A stretch of 63,066 nt of DNA, filler included, from Octopus bimaculoides (Eukaryota), in the NCBI RefSeq assembly GCF_001194135.2. It is 3 parts of 3 records of this genome, joined end to end, with 100 filler letters (N's around TTAATTAATTAA, not from the genome) between each part and the next. Parts side by side here need not be neighbours in the genome. Positions count along the whole stretch, not along the records: positions 1 to 31,367 come from NC_068985.1; 2 more parts are not named here. One strand, written 5' to 3'. Of this stretch, positions 1 through 13,440 are shown in pieces. The position numbers and the translations under genes are program-made. How positions within the stretch are numbered: position 1 is the stretch's first letter; the number at the start of each line of letters is the position of its first letter. The notes beneath the pieces were generated by a model, which worked only from the letters and a program-made list of their open reading frames with translations, was not told where the DNA came from and ran no database searches.

Positions 1-641
1 TATATATATATATATACAGGTATACACACGCAAATACACAGACACATACACACACACATATCTACATCTTTCTCTCTCTGTATATATCAATCAATCAATC
101 TATCTATCTATCTCTGTATATACATACATATAGGGACAGAGAGAGGAAGCGAGAGAGAGAGAAAAAGGGGGTGAAGGAAAGAATATACTTTTGAACAATA
201 ACTCAGCAAACAGAAGTCCGTGCAGGCGTTGTATGTCAAGCGAGAACGGGGGAAACCTTGAAGAATGAGAGAAAATCACTAACACCTCAGGTTTAATAAA
301 ACACTGACTTCCAAGTCTAAACAGTGGGAAAATTATAAATGAGGTGAGATAGATTTATTAAAAATAGAAGCATGACAAATGGAACATGGCTGATTTTGAT
401 TTATAGAGCAATTTAGCAAAGACTATTACCAATATTTTCAGCTTCACTTTGCAAGCGATATCATTCAACTGTTTCACGTATTTTTCTTAGTTTTTTTTCT
501 TTTTTCTTTTTAACTTGATCCACTGATATTACAGGAATGTGTCGTGGTTTTCTTGAGAAGTTATGTTATTAAACGTATATACCTTTGTCTACGAAGTTAG
601 GATGTGTTTATGCGATGATTTGATCTCAGTAATTTAAACTC

Positions 642-747
642 GGCGGAGATATATCTGTGTGGTTAAGTAGCTCGTATTTTAATCATGTGGTTTCGGGTTC
701 AGCTCCTCTGTGCTGCAACTTGAGCGAGAGTCTTCTTTCTTCCGGGC
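642..747 (+). mobile_element. Old family-A-like tRNA-derived SINE, 5' part; interrupted at ~748 and resuming at ~1233-1300
   Basis: GGCGGAGAT..TGTGTGGTTAAGTAGCTC..GGTTTCGGGTTCAG..TCTTCT..CCGGGCC aligns by eye to the head of the 2276 copy. GAATTTGGTAGGCGAAAACTG at ~1237 continues the same consensus (GGATTTGGTAGACGGAAACTG). Confidence 0.6.
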
Positions 748-1231
748 CGCGAATATTTTTTTCCCCACGAGAGTTCCGGATCTCAGTGATGAACTTATTT
801 GCACACAGCCAACCAGAGCTCACCTTGACCTTGTTGTCAAGGTTATGCCTGATTTCAGGAGACAAGTATTTAGATAGATTTGCATCTATACCTATTATAG
901 GATTTTGTTAGGGCCCCATATGGTAAAAATGTGGATGGGAAAAATGCGGGAAGATGGTTATGTGCTAGCAACCCTCTCCCCTTACTGTTTAACAGAGTAA
1001 ACAATAGCACAAATAACTAAGCAGAGGCAGCCATGTTTGGAACCAGAACAAGAACAACAAGCATAATTAAAAGAGAAAAGAAGCATGGTCATTCCTTACC
1101 TAACTGACCTTATCTTATCGCCCATCACTTGTTACGCGCTCATAAATTAGTTTGATAGTTGAGTTCTGATTGGCTGTATGCAAATGAGTTCATAACTGGG
1201 ATCCAGATCTCACGTGGGAGAAACACTCGCG
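748..1231. mobile_element. MITE-like / foldback non-autonomous element with ~75-80-bp imperfect terminal inverted repeats
   Basis: 748-826 (CGCGAATA..CCCCACGAGAGTTCCGGATCTCAGTGATGAACTTATTTGCACACAGCCAACCAGAGCTCACCT) is the imperfect reverse complement of 1158-1231. The interior is non-coding and the element splits a SINE. No clear TSD. Confidence 0.65.
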
Positions 1232-1533
1232 TCCGTGAATTTGGTAGGCGAAAACTGTGTGGACGTGTACATACATACATACATACATATATACATACAC
1301 ATACATACATACGTTAGTACCAAAATCTTAGGTTGTGAAGCCCTTATTCATTTCCTCCATATTTACTGACACCAGCATGTGAGCAGGTGTGAGATGCTAT
1401 GTGATTCTGCTTCTTTTCTCTTATTATTCTTCATTTTAAAGACCTAGAATGTGCTTACTCATGCCCTGTTCTTGTCGAGCAGGAAATACGTTCTTCACAT
1501 ATCGGTGAGGATTATCAGAGCTACTCTTTCGAG

Positions 1534-2092
1534 CGTTCGCTGTGCAGATGTCTTTCATGAATCTGTTTAGATTGGTTTTCCACCCAGTTGCAGAAATTCT
1601 CTTTATTAATGCCATCAAGAAGATGAAGTGGGCTTCTTCTTTTGTGAGAACAGCATCTGCAAGCACGTTGTGACGAATATTCTCAAAGCATGTCATATAG
1701 TTTTCCCAGTCATGTCAATGAACTTCCTGAGCGGCCATCATTTTCTATGGCTGGAAATTGGGATCAGTGTATAGAATTCTTCTCAACCCCAAAGCAGAAG
1801 CATACTTGCGAGCCAAACGTCTAGTAATTTGCAAAACAGAAATGTCTCCCATCAGGGAACTTTCTGTATTTCGAACGCTCCGAAAATTTCAAGCTGGTTT
1901 GCTTTTTGCTTTTTTAGCGCTAAAGCAGAGACTCAGAAAGTTTCTGTCCGTAGTAATATGTATTTTCTCTCTGAAGCAATATCGGTTCGATTTAGCCCTA
2001 CATGAATACGAAGAGCTCTCTGCAATCACAGATTCAGCATTCTTAATTAAAAACCTGAACAGCAAACACAGTCTGCACTAGTCCAAACCACA
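1534..2092 (-). pseudogene. Decayed Tc1/mariner-superfamily transposase, N-terminal half
   Basis: Minus-strand frames joined across stops and frameshifts: KNAESVIA..LRIHVGLNRTDIASERKYILL..SVLQITRRLARKYASALGLRRILYTDPNFQP*KMMAAQEV..EEAHF/HLLDGINKENFCNW..IHERHLHSER. This matches the mariner-like HTH and the DEAHFHL..NKQN..W..HERPLHS motif. Confidence 0.8.
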
Positions 2093-2275
2093 ATGATAAA
2101 CGAAAAAGAGAAATGGAATTTTAAGACATCAGCCATTTCAAAACACCATTCCACTTGCTTAACGTTAACAACTTCATACTGATGACCAAGTAAAATGTAG
2201 CAGGTCCTTCTACAAAGCCTTATGAAATGCATCGAGAATATACAAGTAATATATTAAAAGAAAAATAAAGAGCAT

Positions 2276-2694
2276 AGGTGCAGGAGTGGCTGTGTGGTAA
2301 GTAGCTTGCTTACCAACCACATGGTCCGGGTTCATTCCCACTGCGTGGCACCTTGGACAAGTAAGTGTCTTCTACTATAGCCTCGGGCGCACCAAAGCTT
2401 TGTGAGTGGATTTGGTAGACGGAAACTGAAAGAAGCCCGTCGTATATATGTATATATATATATGTGTGTGTGTGTGCGTATATGTTTGTGTGTCTGTGTT
2501 TGTCCCCCCCCCAACATCGCTTAACAACCGATGCTGGTGTGTTTACGTCCCCGTAACTTAGCGGTTCGGCAAAAGATACCGATAGAATACGTACTAGGCT
2601 TGCAAAGAATAAGTCCTGGGGACGATATGCTCGACTAAAGGCGGTGCTCCAGCATGGCCGCAGTCAAATGACTGAAACAAGTAAAAAAGTAAAG
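2276..2694 (+). mobile_element. Full-length family-A tRNA-derived SINE with 17-bp TSD
   Basis: A/B-box-like head (TGGCTGTGTGG, GGGTTCATTCCC), CORE-like CCTTGGACAAG block, internal (TA)n(TG)n and a tail ending CAGTCAAATGACTGAAACAAGTAAA. AGAAAAATAAAGAGCAT is duplicated at 2259-2275 and 2695-2711. Confidence 0.92.
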
Positions 2695-4542
2695 AGAAAA
2701 ATAAAGAGCATGAGAAATCATATTATTTTTTTTCTTTTGGGAATAAAAAGTTTTGGATACGTCTATTGAGAAATCAAATTAAATTATCTAATTCATATTC
2801 CCATGTATGTATGTATATATGCATGCATGTATGTATGTATGTATGTATGTATGTATGCGAAGAATGGATGCATGCGGATAAATACGAATGTGTGAGTATA
2901 TATATGCATTATATAACAGCAGTTATTATATGTATCTAGATAATTATCATTACGTGTGTGTGTATGTGTATATGTGGATGCATGTATGTATATATGCATG
3001 TATGTGTGTAAAGGCCAATTAAATCTGTGATGTATTATTATAAGCTAGAATATATGTACTCAGTAAAATCGTATGGTTTTTAGCGCGTCATATACATGCA
3101 TACATGCTGTTTATGTACGTTGTGTGCCGGTATGGTGCATTTGAGTCCCTGCGTACACGATAATTATTACACATATGCGCGCGCGCTCACACACATGCAT
3201 GTATGTGCACATATACACACATACATTTAAAGTATATATGTAGACTTGTATGTAAATCAAGTGTAAAAATATACATGTACATGTATAAGAATTTATAAAT
3301 ATACATAGCATGTATGCATACGTATATATATATATATATATATATATATNNNNNNNNNNNNNNNNNNNNNNNNNNNNNNNNNNNNNNNNNNNNNNNNNNN
3401 NNNNNNNNNNNNNNNNNNNNNNNNNNNNNNNNNNNNNNNNNNNNNNNNNNNNNNNNNNNNNNNNNNNNNNNNNNNNNNNNNNNNNNNNNNNNNNNNNNNN
3501 NNNNNNNNNNNNNNNNNNNNNNNNNNNNNNNNNNNNNNNNNNNNNNNNNNNNNNNNNNNNNNNNNNNNNNNNNNNNNNNNNNNNNNNNNNNNNNNNNNNN
3601 NNNNNNNNNNNNNNNNNNNNNNNNNNNNNNNNNNNNNNNNNNNNNNNNNNNNNNNNNNNNNNNNNNNNNNNNNNNNNNNNNNNNNNNNNNNNNNNNNNNN
3701 NNNNNNNNNNNNNNNNNNNNNNNNNNNNNNNNNNNNNNNNNNNNNNNNNNNNTATATATATATATATATGTAATACCTATTTCATAAGTATGTATATTCA
3801 TAAATACAATAATATAAATATAAACATAAACTAAACATAACATATATAGGTGTGTCTCTCGTCTACTTGTATTTATGTCAGTGTATGTATACAGAAATGG
3901 AAGAAAATACAGTCAAAGAATAGAAAATAACATCATTTCCACAAGAACCGTCAAAGTGTCTCTCTGAAACTGTCACCAGTGTTTGACAGGCGCCAATATC
4001 TTTTAGCTGACGTCTGTTTAAGAGCAGTGAAATGGCTTGGCTTAGCAACGAATGAAGAAAGTGTTCGAATAGATTTGTCAGCGACAATTGCAGTTCTGTG
4101 GCACCAGATATGTCGGCAAGAGACAGCTTTGAACTAAGGAAAGAAAAAAAAAATAACGGAGAAAACAGACAAGGTTATTTCAAACTGTGATAAAAACAAA
4201 AGCAAAAGGACAACAAAATCAACAAAAAAAAAGCATCTGTAAAAGTTAGTTTAATTTATATTTGTGTATATTTTTATACGCAATTATACTTAATGCATAC
4301 ATACAAAAATACACATACAGATATATTTGTATTTACATAGTTAATCTTGTTTATATAAACACGTGGTTTTAACAAATACAACATGCACACTAGCTTCAAA
4401 CTGCATCGGTTCGCACACGTCTTTTAATCCTTTCCGTTCATATCTCCATCCATTCCTCTTTTTCTCACACGCATATGCACACATATGCTCACATATGTGT
4501 GCAGTGAGACCCAAGTACATGCATATATACATATATATATGC

Positions 4543-4579
<37 letters not shown>

Positions 4580-4765
4580 TATTTTGTTGGATGGCCTTTG
4601 ACTGCTCATGAGTTTCTCCGCCCTTTGATAGGTCTTAATTTTCGTCCAGCAGGGTGTCTAACATTCTCCTCACCAAGCAAGCCTGGTGGGGTTGCCATTT
4701 TTGTCGCCGACGATCCGACCATGTCAGGTCGCTCTTGAATCGATCGCTCTTGAGTGCTACTGGTA

Positions 4766-5470
4766 ACACGAATCTTTTGCCGTGGAAAATGGAGTAAAGC
4801 AAGGAGACCTTGATGCACTCACCCTCTTTGCAATATACTTTGCTGCTGTGTTGTCTCACGCTTTTTAAAACTCTGAGGAGGGTATCTACATAAAATATCG
4901 AACAACTGGGAATGTTTTTAATCTCTCCAGACTGAAATTCAAAATGAAAATGTTTACTTCACTCCTTAGGGAACTTTTATACGATAACAATTGCGATCTT
5001 GTCAGTCATTCTGAAACAGGTCTGCAATCTCTTGAATCTGCATTTGACTCAGCTTGTGATGATTTTGGCTTGACTATCAACTTGAAAAAAAAAAAACAAA
5101 AAAAACAGTTGTAATGCATCAACCTGTATGTGGCGCTGTTTGTAAGCATTACTAAAATTTTTGTTATGTGTAAGTTACTTGAGATTGTTCATTCGTTCAT
5201 CTACATTGGAAGCTCTGTACAAAATGATGGATATCTGGATAGAGAAATGCATCTGTGAATTCAATGGGCAGCAAAAGCATTTGATGGCTTGAAGTAATGC
5301 ATTTAGCGCCAGCGACATATAAATAACAATGCAAAGTTGACTCTTTACAAATCAATTGTCTCACCATCCCTGTTGTATTCGTGTGAAACATGGACATGTT
5401 ATAAAAGACATTTAAAATTGTTAGAACAATTCCACCAAAAATTCCTTCATCGCATTTTAAACATTAAATT
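4766..5470 (+). mobile_element. RTE-clade LINE reverse-transcriptase remnant
   Basis: Broken frames read NGVKQGDL..LF..GIYIKYRTTGNVFNLSRLK..LRELLYDNNCDLVSHSE..FGLTINLKK..VMHQP, then KLTLYKSIVSPSLLYSCETWTCYKRHLKLLEQFHQKFLHRILNIK (ORF 5337), typical of RTE RT. Confidence 0.88.
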
Positions 5471-6539
5471 GAGTTGTACAGCTAGGTCACAAAACTATAC
5501 GTTTGTGTGTATATGTGTATATATTAAAGTCAGATAACTATATATATATATACATCGTAAACGCAATTGAGACACTATGAAACTAAAATAACCACATGTA
5601 ACGTACCTAAAGAATATGAATATGCCACTTTAGTATAACAGTTACTCTGCTAATCGTCCTATTACTTATGAACGTAATGTGTTTAAAACAATAAATATTA
5701 GAGGGAGAACAAAATCATTTCAGCAGCGACCAGCGACAGCACCAGATGGATTTCGGACTTTCTGGGCTATGTCAGTGCGTGTACTTGCAGCGAACTGCTT
5801 ACCTAGATGTGATTTCTTTCCTTCAGCATACAGGAAATCAGTGAAAAATTTCCTCTATATTAGTGAATGGTCTTCCGGCTGAATGAAAATCTGGTAAACG
5901 CAGTTGAGGTGGTATGAAATAAAAATACTCAACTAAAATACAGCTATGTGTATACGTAATAGATACTTAATGTACATACACCATTTCTGGGCCATTTACT
6001 GCTGAATTCCCCTTGAGAGAGCACCATTAAGAACATAACAAAAGGAAGAATACGAAAATCGTCCCAACAGTGGCCAGCATGAATGGCAGACACATTTTGG
6101 CACTTTGGGTCTTTTCAATGACGTTTACACGAAGCTTTCCACATGCCAAGTAGAGAATTCATCGCTCCTGTGAAGAAAACATTCACTAGTGTTGTAAACA
6201 ACTACCCGACTTAATAAAAATCCTGTAAAGGCAATTGTGGCAGAATTTAACTAAAATAACCAGATATGTATCATACTTAACGTATGTCGAAGGTGACGAT
6301 TCTCGAACCATACTTGGTAAGTGAAATTGTACAGAAGTCCGGAAAGTATATAGAAGGCCAGCAGAATATACAATTTCAATTACATATACAATTTTGTTAC
6401 ACATGGTGTTAAACCCGGATCCCTGTTACTGTGTAACATTTAACGCTGACGTATCAGGAGAATGTTCTACTACTTTCAGGAGTTGGTTATACAATTAATG
6501 AAAGAATTGCATCCACATCATTAAATAGGGCTAGCACTA

Positions 6540-6621
<82 letters not shown>

Positions 6622-6665
6622 TGTGTACATATACGTACATAGAAGAAATTTACATACATACACAT

Positions 6666-6707
6666 GTATGACTGTGTGGTAAGAAGCTTGCTTACGAATC
6701 ACATGGT
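6666..6707 (+). mobile_element. Family-A SINE head, cut by an assembly gap
   Basis: GACTGTGTGGTAAGAAGCTTGCTTACGAATCACATGGT followed by an N-run. Confidence 0.7.
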
Positions 6708-7999
6708 NNNNNNNNNNNNNNNNNNNNNNNNNNNNNNNNNNNNNNNNNNNNNNNNNNNNNNNNNNNNNNNNNNNNNNNNNNNNNNNNNNNNNNNNATATA
6801 TATATACACACACATATATATGTATACATGTATGTATGTATGTATGTATGTATGTATGTATGTATGTATGTAGGTATGCATGTATGTATGTATGTATGTA
6901 TGTATTATGTATGTGCACATATATATATAATTCATGTGCCAGCGATCTGATCTTTAAATAGAACAAACTATGTACTCTAAATATAAATATTGCTCGGAGA
7001 CACAAGGCACCATAAAAAAACCCTGGCATGCACGCGTCTTAATGACAAGAAACTAAACTATTTCCTGTTTATACAATATATATTAAATGATATCTATCTC
7101 TCACTGGATAGAATGTTTTTTTTTGTTGAGCCTTACATTAATGGAGCAGTAATAAATGTGTGTCTGTGTGTGTGTGTATGCGTGTATTTTAGTGCGTGTG
7201 TATGTGTGTATCTGTATATATGTTTGCATGAAACATTTTCAAGCGAAGAAAAGAGCACTGGATCTATGTTGTAAAATTTAAGTTCATTTAAGTTGAACAC
7301 TTTCCGCGCAACTTAAGATTCAGGTCACATCGATTGTCAGGCAAGAAATGCTCTTACTCTGTGAATCAATTCTTTTTGCATCCATTGATATTTTTTTCTT
7401 TTTGCCATGCCTTTTAATTCCATTGGTTAGTTTCTCATTCAGTTTTGTTTTGTTTTTCTATTCTGTTACAAGCTGATTATCAACGTATCTTTATTTTAGT
7501 AGAACTTTCACACTCACAAGCTGCTATTTGACCCTTTGACGTGGACTGCTATTGGTGAATTTTAGATTGAAATTTTTTTCTTTGTCTACAAATTTTTTTA
7601 TATCTATTTCTTTCATTCTGCCTTTTTTTTCCTTGTTTTCTTCTTTTGTTACACTGATATATTTTGAAAGGACGTAAAAATCATTCATTGTGTATACTTG
7701 ATGTATGTTTGACATATCTACTTATAACACAAATCTATTTACATTCTTGATGGCTGATGTATTTTACCGTACGGCTATAAACAATGAAGAGCCAAATAAT
7801 TTTGAAATAACTGCATTTCTAACATATGCACAAGACCAGAAATTTGGCGGAAACATTTTAGACAAGATCATAAACGTACACTTGTATATCATACACAGCC
7901 ATACGCATACAAAATGCCCCATATAGGTATAGCACCTGTTCTGGAAACCGGTAGCATACGCATTGGTAGAGGTTTAGGGAGCATTAGAACTAACTAGCC

Positions 8000-8312
8000 C
8001 TCCGTCGGTTACGACAACGAGCGTTCCAGTTGATTCGGTCAACCGGAACAGCCTACTCGTGAAATTAACGTACAAGTGGCTGAGCATTCCATAGGCACCC
8101 GTACCCTGAACGTAGTCCTCAGGGAGATTTAACGTGACACAGAGTGTGACAAGGCTGGTCCTTTGAAATACAGGTACTACTCATTTTTGCCAGCTGAGTG
8201 AACCGGAGCAACGTGAAATAAAGTGTCTTGCTCAAGCACACAGTACATCGCCGGGAACTGAACTCGAGACCTTGCGACCATGAGCCGAATACCCTAACCA
8301 CTAAGCCACGCC
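8000..8312 (-). mobile_element. tRNA-derived SINE, body H1 + tail T1
   Basis: Reverse complement of the 57941 copy: GGCGTGGCTTAGTGGTTAGGG head, TGTGCTTGAGCAAGACACTTTATTTCACG CORE-like block and ..GTCGTAACCGACGGAG tail. Confidence 0.88.
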
Positions 8313-9448
8313 CCTCCACGGAGCATCCGAACCACTTTACTAAAAATAAATCTACATCCATGTTGTACCACCATACACTAAATAAACGCTATGCTTCATA
8401 GATTCATTGAAAAAAAAAAACTTGTACCCCAAACTTTGAGGTAACAGACAGCTGTTTCTTCTTGACGTGTGTTATATGCTTGTCTCTGACTGTTAATAAC
8501 ACTGCGTAACACGAATTTTTCCTTGGCTAGTAACTGTTATTTCTTATTTGCTTACCCCTAGAAAATATGAAAGATGACTAATAATTCCTTCAAACTTTGC
8601 TTTTGATACATTCAAATCCCAAGGAATCCCGCATAACACATGGCTACGATGCTCTTCCGTTACGCCTGCTCATGATCAGAAATGTATATATTGTCAGCCA
8701 CTAAGGGACAAGCTCAAGTGGTTAAGGTAAAGAAACTGATCAGTAAATCTGTGGTATCGAGTAGAGTATTTGCTATAACGATATTTCTGCTTCAGCAACT
8801 CAGCACTGAATCTGTCTGAAATGTAATGGGGAATATGTCAGTTTCAAAACATTGATGTCCAGATTACGAAAGCGAAGTTAGGAGGGAATAGTAATCATTT
8901 CCTTTGATTTCTAGATAGAAGCAAATAAGAAATAACACTTACTGGTAAAAGACAAAAANNNNNNNNNNNNNNNNNNNNNNNNNNNNNNNNNNNNNNNNNN
9001 NNNNNNNNNNNNNNNNNNNNNNNNNNNNNNNNNNNNNNNNNNNNNNNNNNNNNNNNNNNNNNNNNNNNNNNNNNNNNNNNNNNNNNNNNNNNNNNNNNNN
9101 NNNNNNNNNNNNNNNNNNNNNNNNNNNNNNNNNNNNNNNNNNNNNNNNNNNNNNNNNNNNNNNNNNNNNNNNNNNNNNNNNNNNNNNNNNNNNNNNNNNN
9201 NNNNNNNNNNNNNNNNNNNNNNNNNNNNNNNNNNNNNNNNNNNNNNNNNNNNNNNNNNNNNNNNNNNNNNNNNNNNNNNNNNNNNNNNNNNNNNNNNNNN
9301 NNNNNNNNNNNNNNNNNNNNNNNNNNNNNNNNNNNNNNNNNNNNNNNNNNNNNNNNNNNNNNNNNNNNNNNNNNNNNNNNNNNNNNNNNNNNNNNNNNNN
9401 NNNNNNNNNNNNNNNNNNNNNNNNNNNNNNNNNNNNNNNNNNNNNNNN

Positions 9449-9807
9449 GGACTCGCGGTCATAGGATCACGGTTTCGATTTCCAGTCCGGGCGTTGTGAG
9501 TGTTTATTGAGCGAAAACACCTAAAGCTCCACGAGGCTCCAGCAGGGGGTGGTGGCGAACCCTGCTGTACTCTTTCACCACAACTTTCTCTCACTCTTTC
9601 TTCCTGTTTCTGTTGTGCCTGTAATTCAAAGGCTCAGCCTTGTCACACTGTGTCACGCTGAATATCCCCGAGAACTACGTTAAGGGTACACGTGTCTGTG
9701 GAGTGCTCAGTCACTTGCACGTTAATTTCACGAGCAGGCTGTTCCGTTGATCGGATCAACTGGAACCCTCGACGTCGTAAGCGACGGAGTGCCAACAACA
9801 ACAACAA
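9449..9807 (+). mobile_element. tRNA-derived SINE, body H2 + tail T1 (5' end in gap)
   Basis: Colinear with the 39447 copy; ends GACGGAGTGCC followed by (AAC)n. Confidence 0.88.
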
Positions 9808-10160
9808 ATCATCAATCTAGTATAGCTGAATCTAGTACTTACTGAATATTCATGCCTAGTCATAGTACCGGATATTTCTTTAGAGATCTGAAGTCTGAAA
9901 ATATTGGTGTGCATCCGATTCTTGACAGAACGGACCAGTTGAAATAACTTAATTATCCTGTACTGGGTTTCTAAAAAAGGAAATTCAATTTCATTCATTT
10001 CTGTTGTCAATTTGATCGATTTGTAAATGTTATTAATCAATTTTTGAAACCTTGGGAGTTTCTCCAAAATATGTTTTAAAATAAATAGACAACAGTCGTA
10101 GAGAAAAACTTGCCAATTTTTATTTAAATCAGTTTTAACATTCTGACAGAATATAATCTC

Positions 10161-10576
10161 GGGCAAGAGGAGTGGCTGTGTGGTAAGTAGCTTGCTTACC
10201 AACCACATGGTTCCGGTTCAGTCCCACTGCGTGGCACCTTNNNNNNNNNNNNNNNNNNNNNNNNNNNNNNNNNNNNNNNNNNNNNNNNNNNNNNNNNNNN
10301 NNNNNNNNNNNNNNNNNNNNNNNNNNNNNNNNNNNNNNNNNNNNNNNNNNNNNTATATATATATATATATATATGTTTGTGTGTCTGTGTTTGTCCCCCC
10401 GACATCGCTTGACAACCGATGCTGGCGTGTTTACGTCCCCGTAACTTAGCGGTTCGGCAAAATAGACCGATAGAGTAAGTACTAGGCTTACAAAGAATAA
10501 GTCCTGAGGTCGATTTGCTCGACTAAAGGCGGTGCTCCAGCATGGCCGCAGTCAAATGACTGAAACAAGTAAAAGA
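10161..10576 (+). mobile_element. Family-A SINE with a gap over its middle
   Basis: Head and tail are near-identical to the 2276 copy; N-run at 10241-10353. Confidence 0.9.
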
Positions 10577-12049
10577 ATGTGGAAATTTACTTCTATAAAT
10601 CACATCACAATTGCTGCAATAGAAGGGGCCGTTCACATCAAAACTAAGATTTCTCATACTCCTTCGGTAATGTAACATTGAAAGTCCATGTCATTTTTGA
10701 GGAAACAAGGAACCAATTTGCATAACGGTTCCAATATATAGCACCACAGATAAGGTGCAATTTAAAATCTGATGGCTTTGGATTCTTTAAATATGTCATA
10801 TAAAAGCCTTTTAGAATAATGAATTTCTTTACAGCTATGTTGTGTCTGGAGAGAGTCACAATGCCTTAATATAACATAAACACGGGTTCAATTTCCACTC
10901 ATTTATTTATTCCTTCTATCTATTCCAGAAAGCTTTTTCGTCACCGAATTTGCGGTGACGAAATTTGTTCGTTTCTAGTGCTTTTAGGAGAAAGATATGT
11001 TATTTAATAATGTAAATATATAAAGTGTCTCATTTATTATACTACTCACCTCGTTTACCAGTTCCTTTAATTATTATCAAGTAATCTCTCTGTAAATTTT
11101 CCACTGCATTTCGTTCTTCGTTAATAATGATCTTATATAACTTATATTGTAATATTTGATTTTACATTGATATTATATGATTTCTCTAACTGTTTATTCC
11201 AGTCCATCGGTAGCTATTAATTTTACTTCTAAATTAATAGTACGGTAAATACTAGAGTTAGATTACATATCGATATTGGTTTCATTGTTGGAAAGATGCC
11301 TATAGTAAGTAAGGATGTCAGTTTTGCACACATTTTTAGTTCTTTCTGAATATATGAGACAAAAGTATTGTAACGAATCTCTAGATCTTTGAGTTACTGT
11401 AGCACTCGGTTAATGATTGCATTCTGTGCTAAGATCTTTCCTTATGTTTGTAAACCAATCACGCATATACGAACATACACAAAGACACACATGTATACTT
11501 ACATACGCAGACAAACATATACACATGCATGCATTCATACATAAATCCAGTCAAATATTCGTGCATGATAAACACATACGTACGTTCATACTAGTCTCTA
11601 GACATTCATAAGTGCTTATACACATGCTCACACTTATTTGTACATATGCATTTTGACAGACGAACAAACAGCTACACAAGACATTCATTTATCAATTATT
11701 GATAGAGTTTATCTCATATTTCCAAATTCTATTTAGTTTTGTTTACTAAAATCCTTGCGATTGCAGAATTCAACTGGTAACTTGATGGGAAACTTGATAT
11801 TTAATAAATGATGTTTAATGTGTTAAGAAACAAGAGAAAGAAAGACAGTTCCTCAGATTAGTTTGTAAGGCTTTCATTCTCATGATAAATAGACTTAATA
11901 ATTACTTTCCCTGCCAATGATAAATGGTGTCTTTCTTACTGATTCGTTTTGAGTCAGGAGGAGAGGCAAAGCTCGTCTTTTGTGGCGTTGTTCCTGTATA
12001 TACCAATGGTTGTCTGCATTTGCACATGTACGTATGAATGTATTTACAC

Positions 12050-12340
<291 letters not shown>

Positions 12341-13165
12341 AGTATGGTTGGGCATACATAGATATATATATGCATATATGTCTGTATATGTTTATGCCTT
12401 TCTTCATTCGCTCTGTACTTAAGATTTCTGGCCCTCTCATACATCTTCTCCTCTCTCTCCCCCTCACTATCTTTCTCTCTATTTCTCAACTACCCTCACA
12501 CTTCTCAACAGAAGTCTTACATCATTAGTTCACTCTAATTCATTCTTCATATACTTGCCTAGAACCTGAGCAGCAACATTCCTCCTCTCTCTACTCCTCC
12601 GTCTCAAACGGAGGGCAAAGAACCGAATCGTTCGATGCTTCACACTTTGCAACAGTTGAACTCTTCTATGAACCCACCTATTTATCAATAGACTGACTGT
12701 CCATGAAATTCTTTCGCATTCGATCATATATATATACATTTTCAATTCGTCATCTTTCTATTCATTCACTCCATTGTTCATCTTCATCTCTTTTACATAT
12801 AAGAATTCTACCACCTTCCCGATATCTCACATCTACTCCTTCTCTTTCTCTCTCTCCTCCATTATATATATCTCTCTCTCTCTTTCTCTCTCTTAGTCAT
12901 TCTATTTCTTTTCTGCCTCCTTCATTCATATATATTTCACATTATTTCACATCATTTCATACACTTTTACTCTTTTACTTGTTGCGGTCGTTGAGCAGCA
13001 CTGATGCTGGCCATCATCTCGAAGAATAGAATCGAGCAGATACTTATTCTACCGTCCCCACCCTTTTGCTGGACAGCTAAATTGCGGGTACGTACTACAG
13101 GCCAACGCCAGTTGTCAAGCGACGTAGGGAGCTCAAATACAAAGTGTGACAGGCTCAGACACACA

Positions 13166-13440
13166 TGTATACATGTGTGTGCGTTTGTGTGTGTGTGTAC
13201 GCGTGTGTGTATGTGCGTGCGTATGTGTGCGTGTGCGTGTGTGTGTGCGTGTGCGTATGCATGCGTGCGTGTGTGTGTGTGCGCGCGTGTTTTTGTGTGC
13301 GTGTGTATGTGTGTGTTTGTGTTTGTGCATGTGTGTGTGTGTTAGCATGCGTGTGCGTACGCGTGTGAGTGCGCGCGCGCATGCTTTTTGTGTGTGCGTG
13401 TGTGTGTATGTGTATGTGTTTGTGAGTGTGTGTGTGTGTA
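13166..13440. repeat. Degenerate (TG/CG)n alternating purine-pyrimidine tract
   Basis: Direct reading; includes GCGCGCGCGC runs. Confidence 0.9.

Noticed and set aside
3187-3843. Long ORFs containing X runs or YI/CV/HT dipeptide repeats (here and throughout the track)
   Set aside because: They result from N-gaps and dinucleotide microsatellites that lack stop codons.
4590-4765. GC-richer segment upstream of the RTE remnant (possible 5' UTR ribozyme or antisense SINE)
   Set aside because: I could not fold an HDV-like pseudoknot by eye and there is no second copy in the window; left unassigned.
6296-6316. Minus-strand QVWFENR resembling homeodomain helix 3
   Set aside because: The near-invariant Arg53 is His, the basic tail is missing, there is no AG before the Val codon for the usual phase-0 intron, and no helix 1-2 sequence is present. 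Likely chance.
6264-6316. Possible 53-nt + strand exon ending at a GTAAGT donor (YVSYLTYVEGDDSRTIL)
   Set aside because: The acceptor lacks a pyrimidine tract, the peptide is unrecognised, and its phase is incompatible with the 40095 candidate.
8420-8900. Segment that looks like a DNA-transposon-derived repeat
   Set aside because: No TIR, TSD, ORF or second copy is demonstrable within the window.
10936-10963. 11-bp-stem hairpin TTTCGTCACCG-AATTTG-CGGTGACGAAA
   Set aside because: Isolated, with no second copy or associated element; bacterial terminator logic does not apply here.
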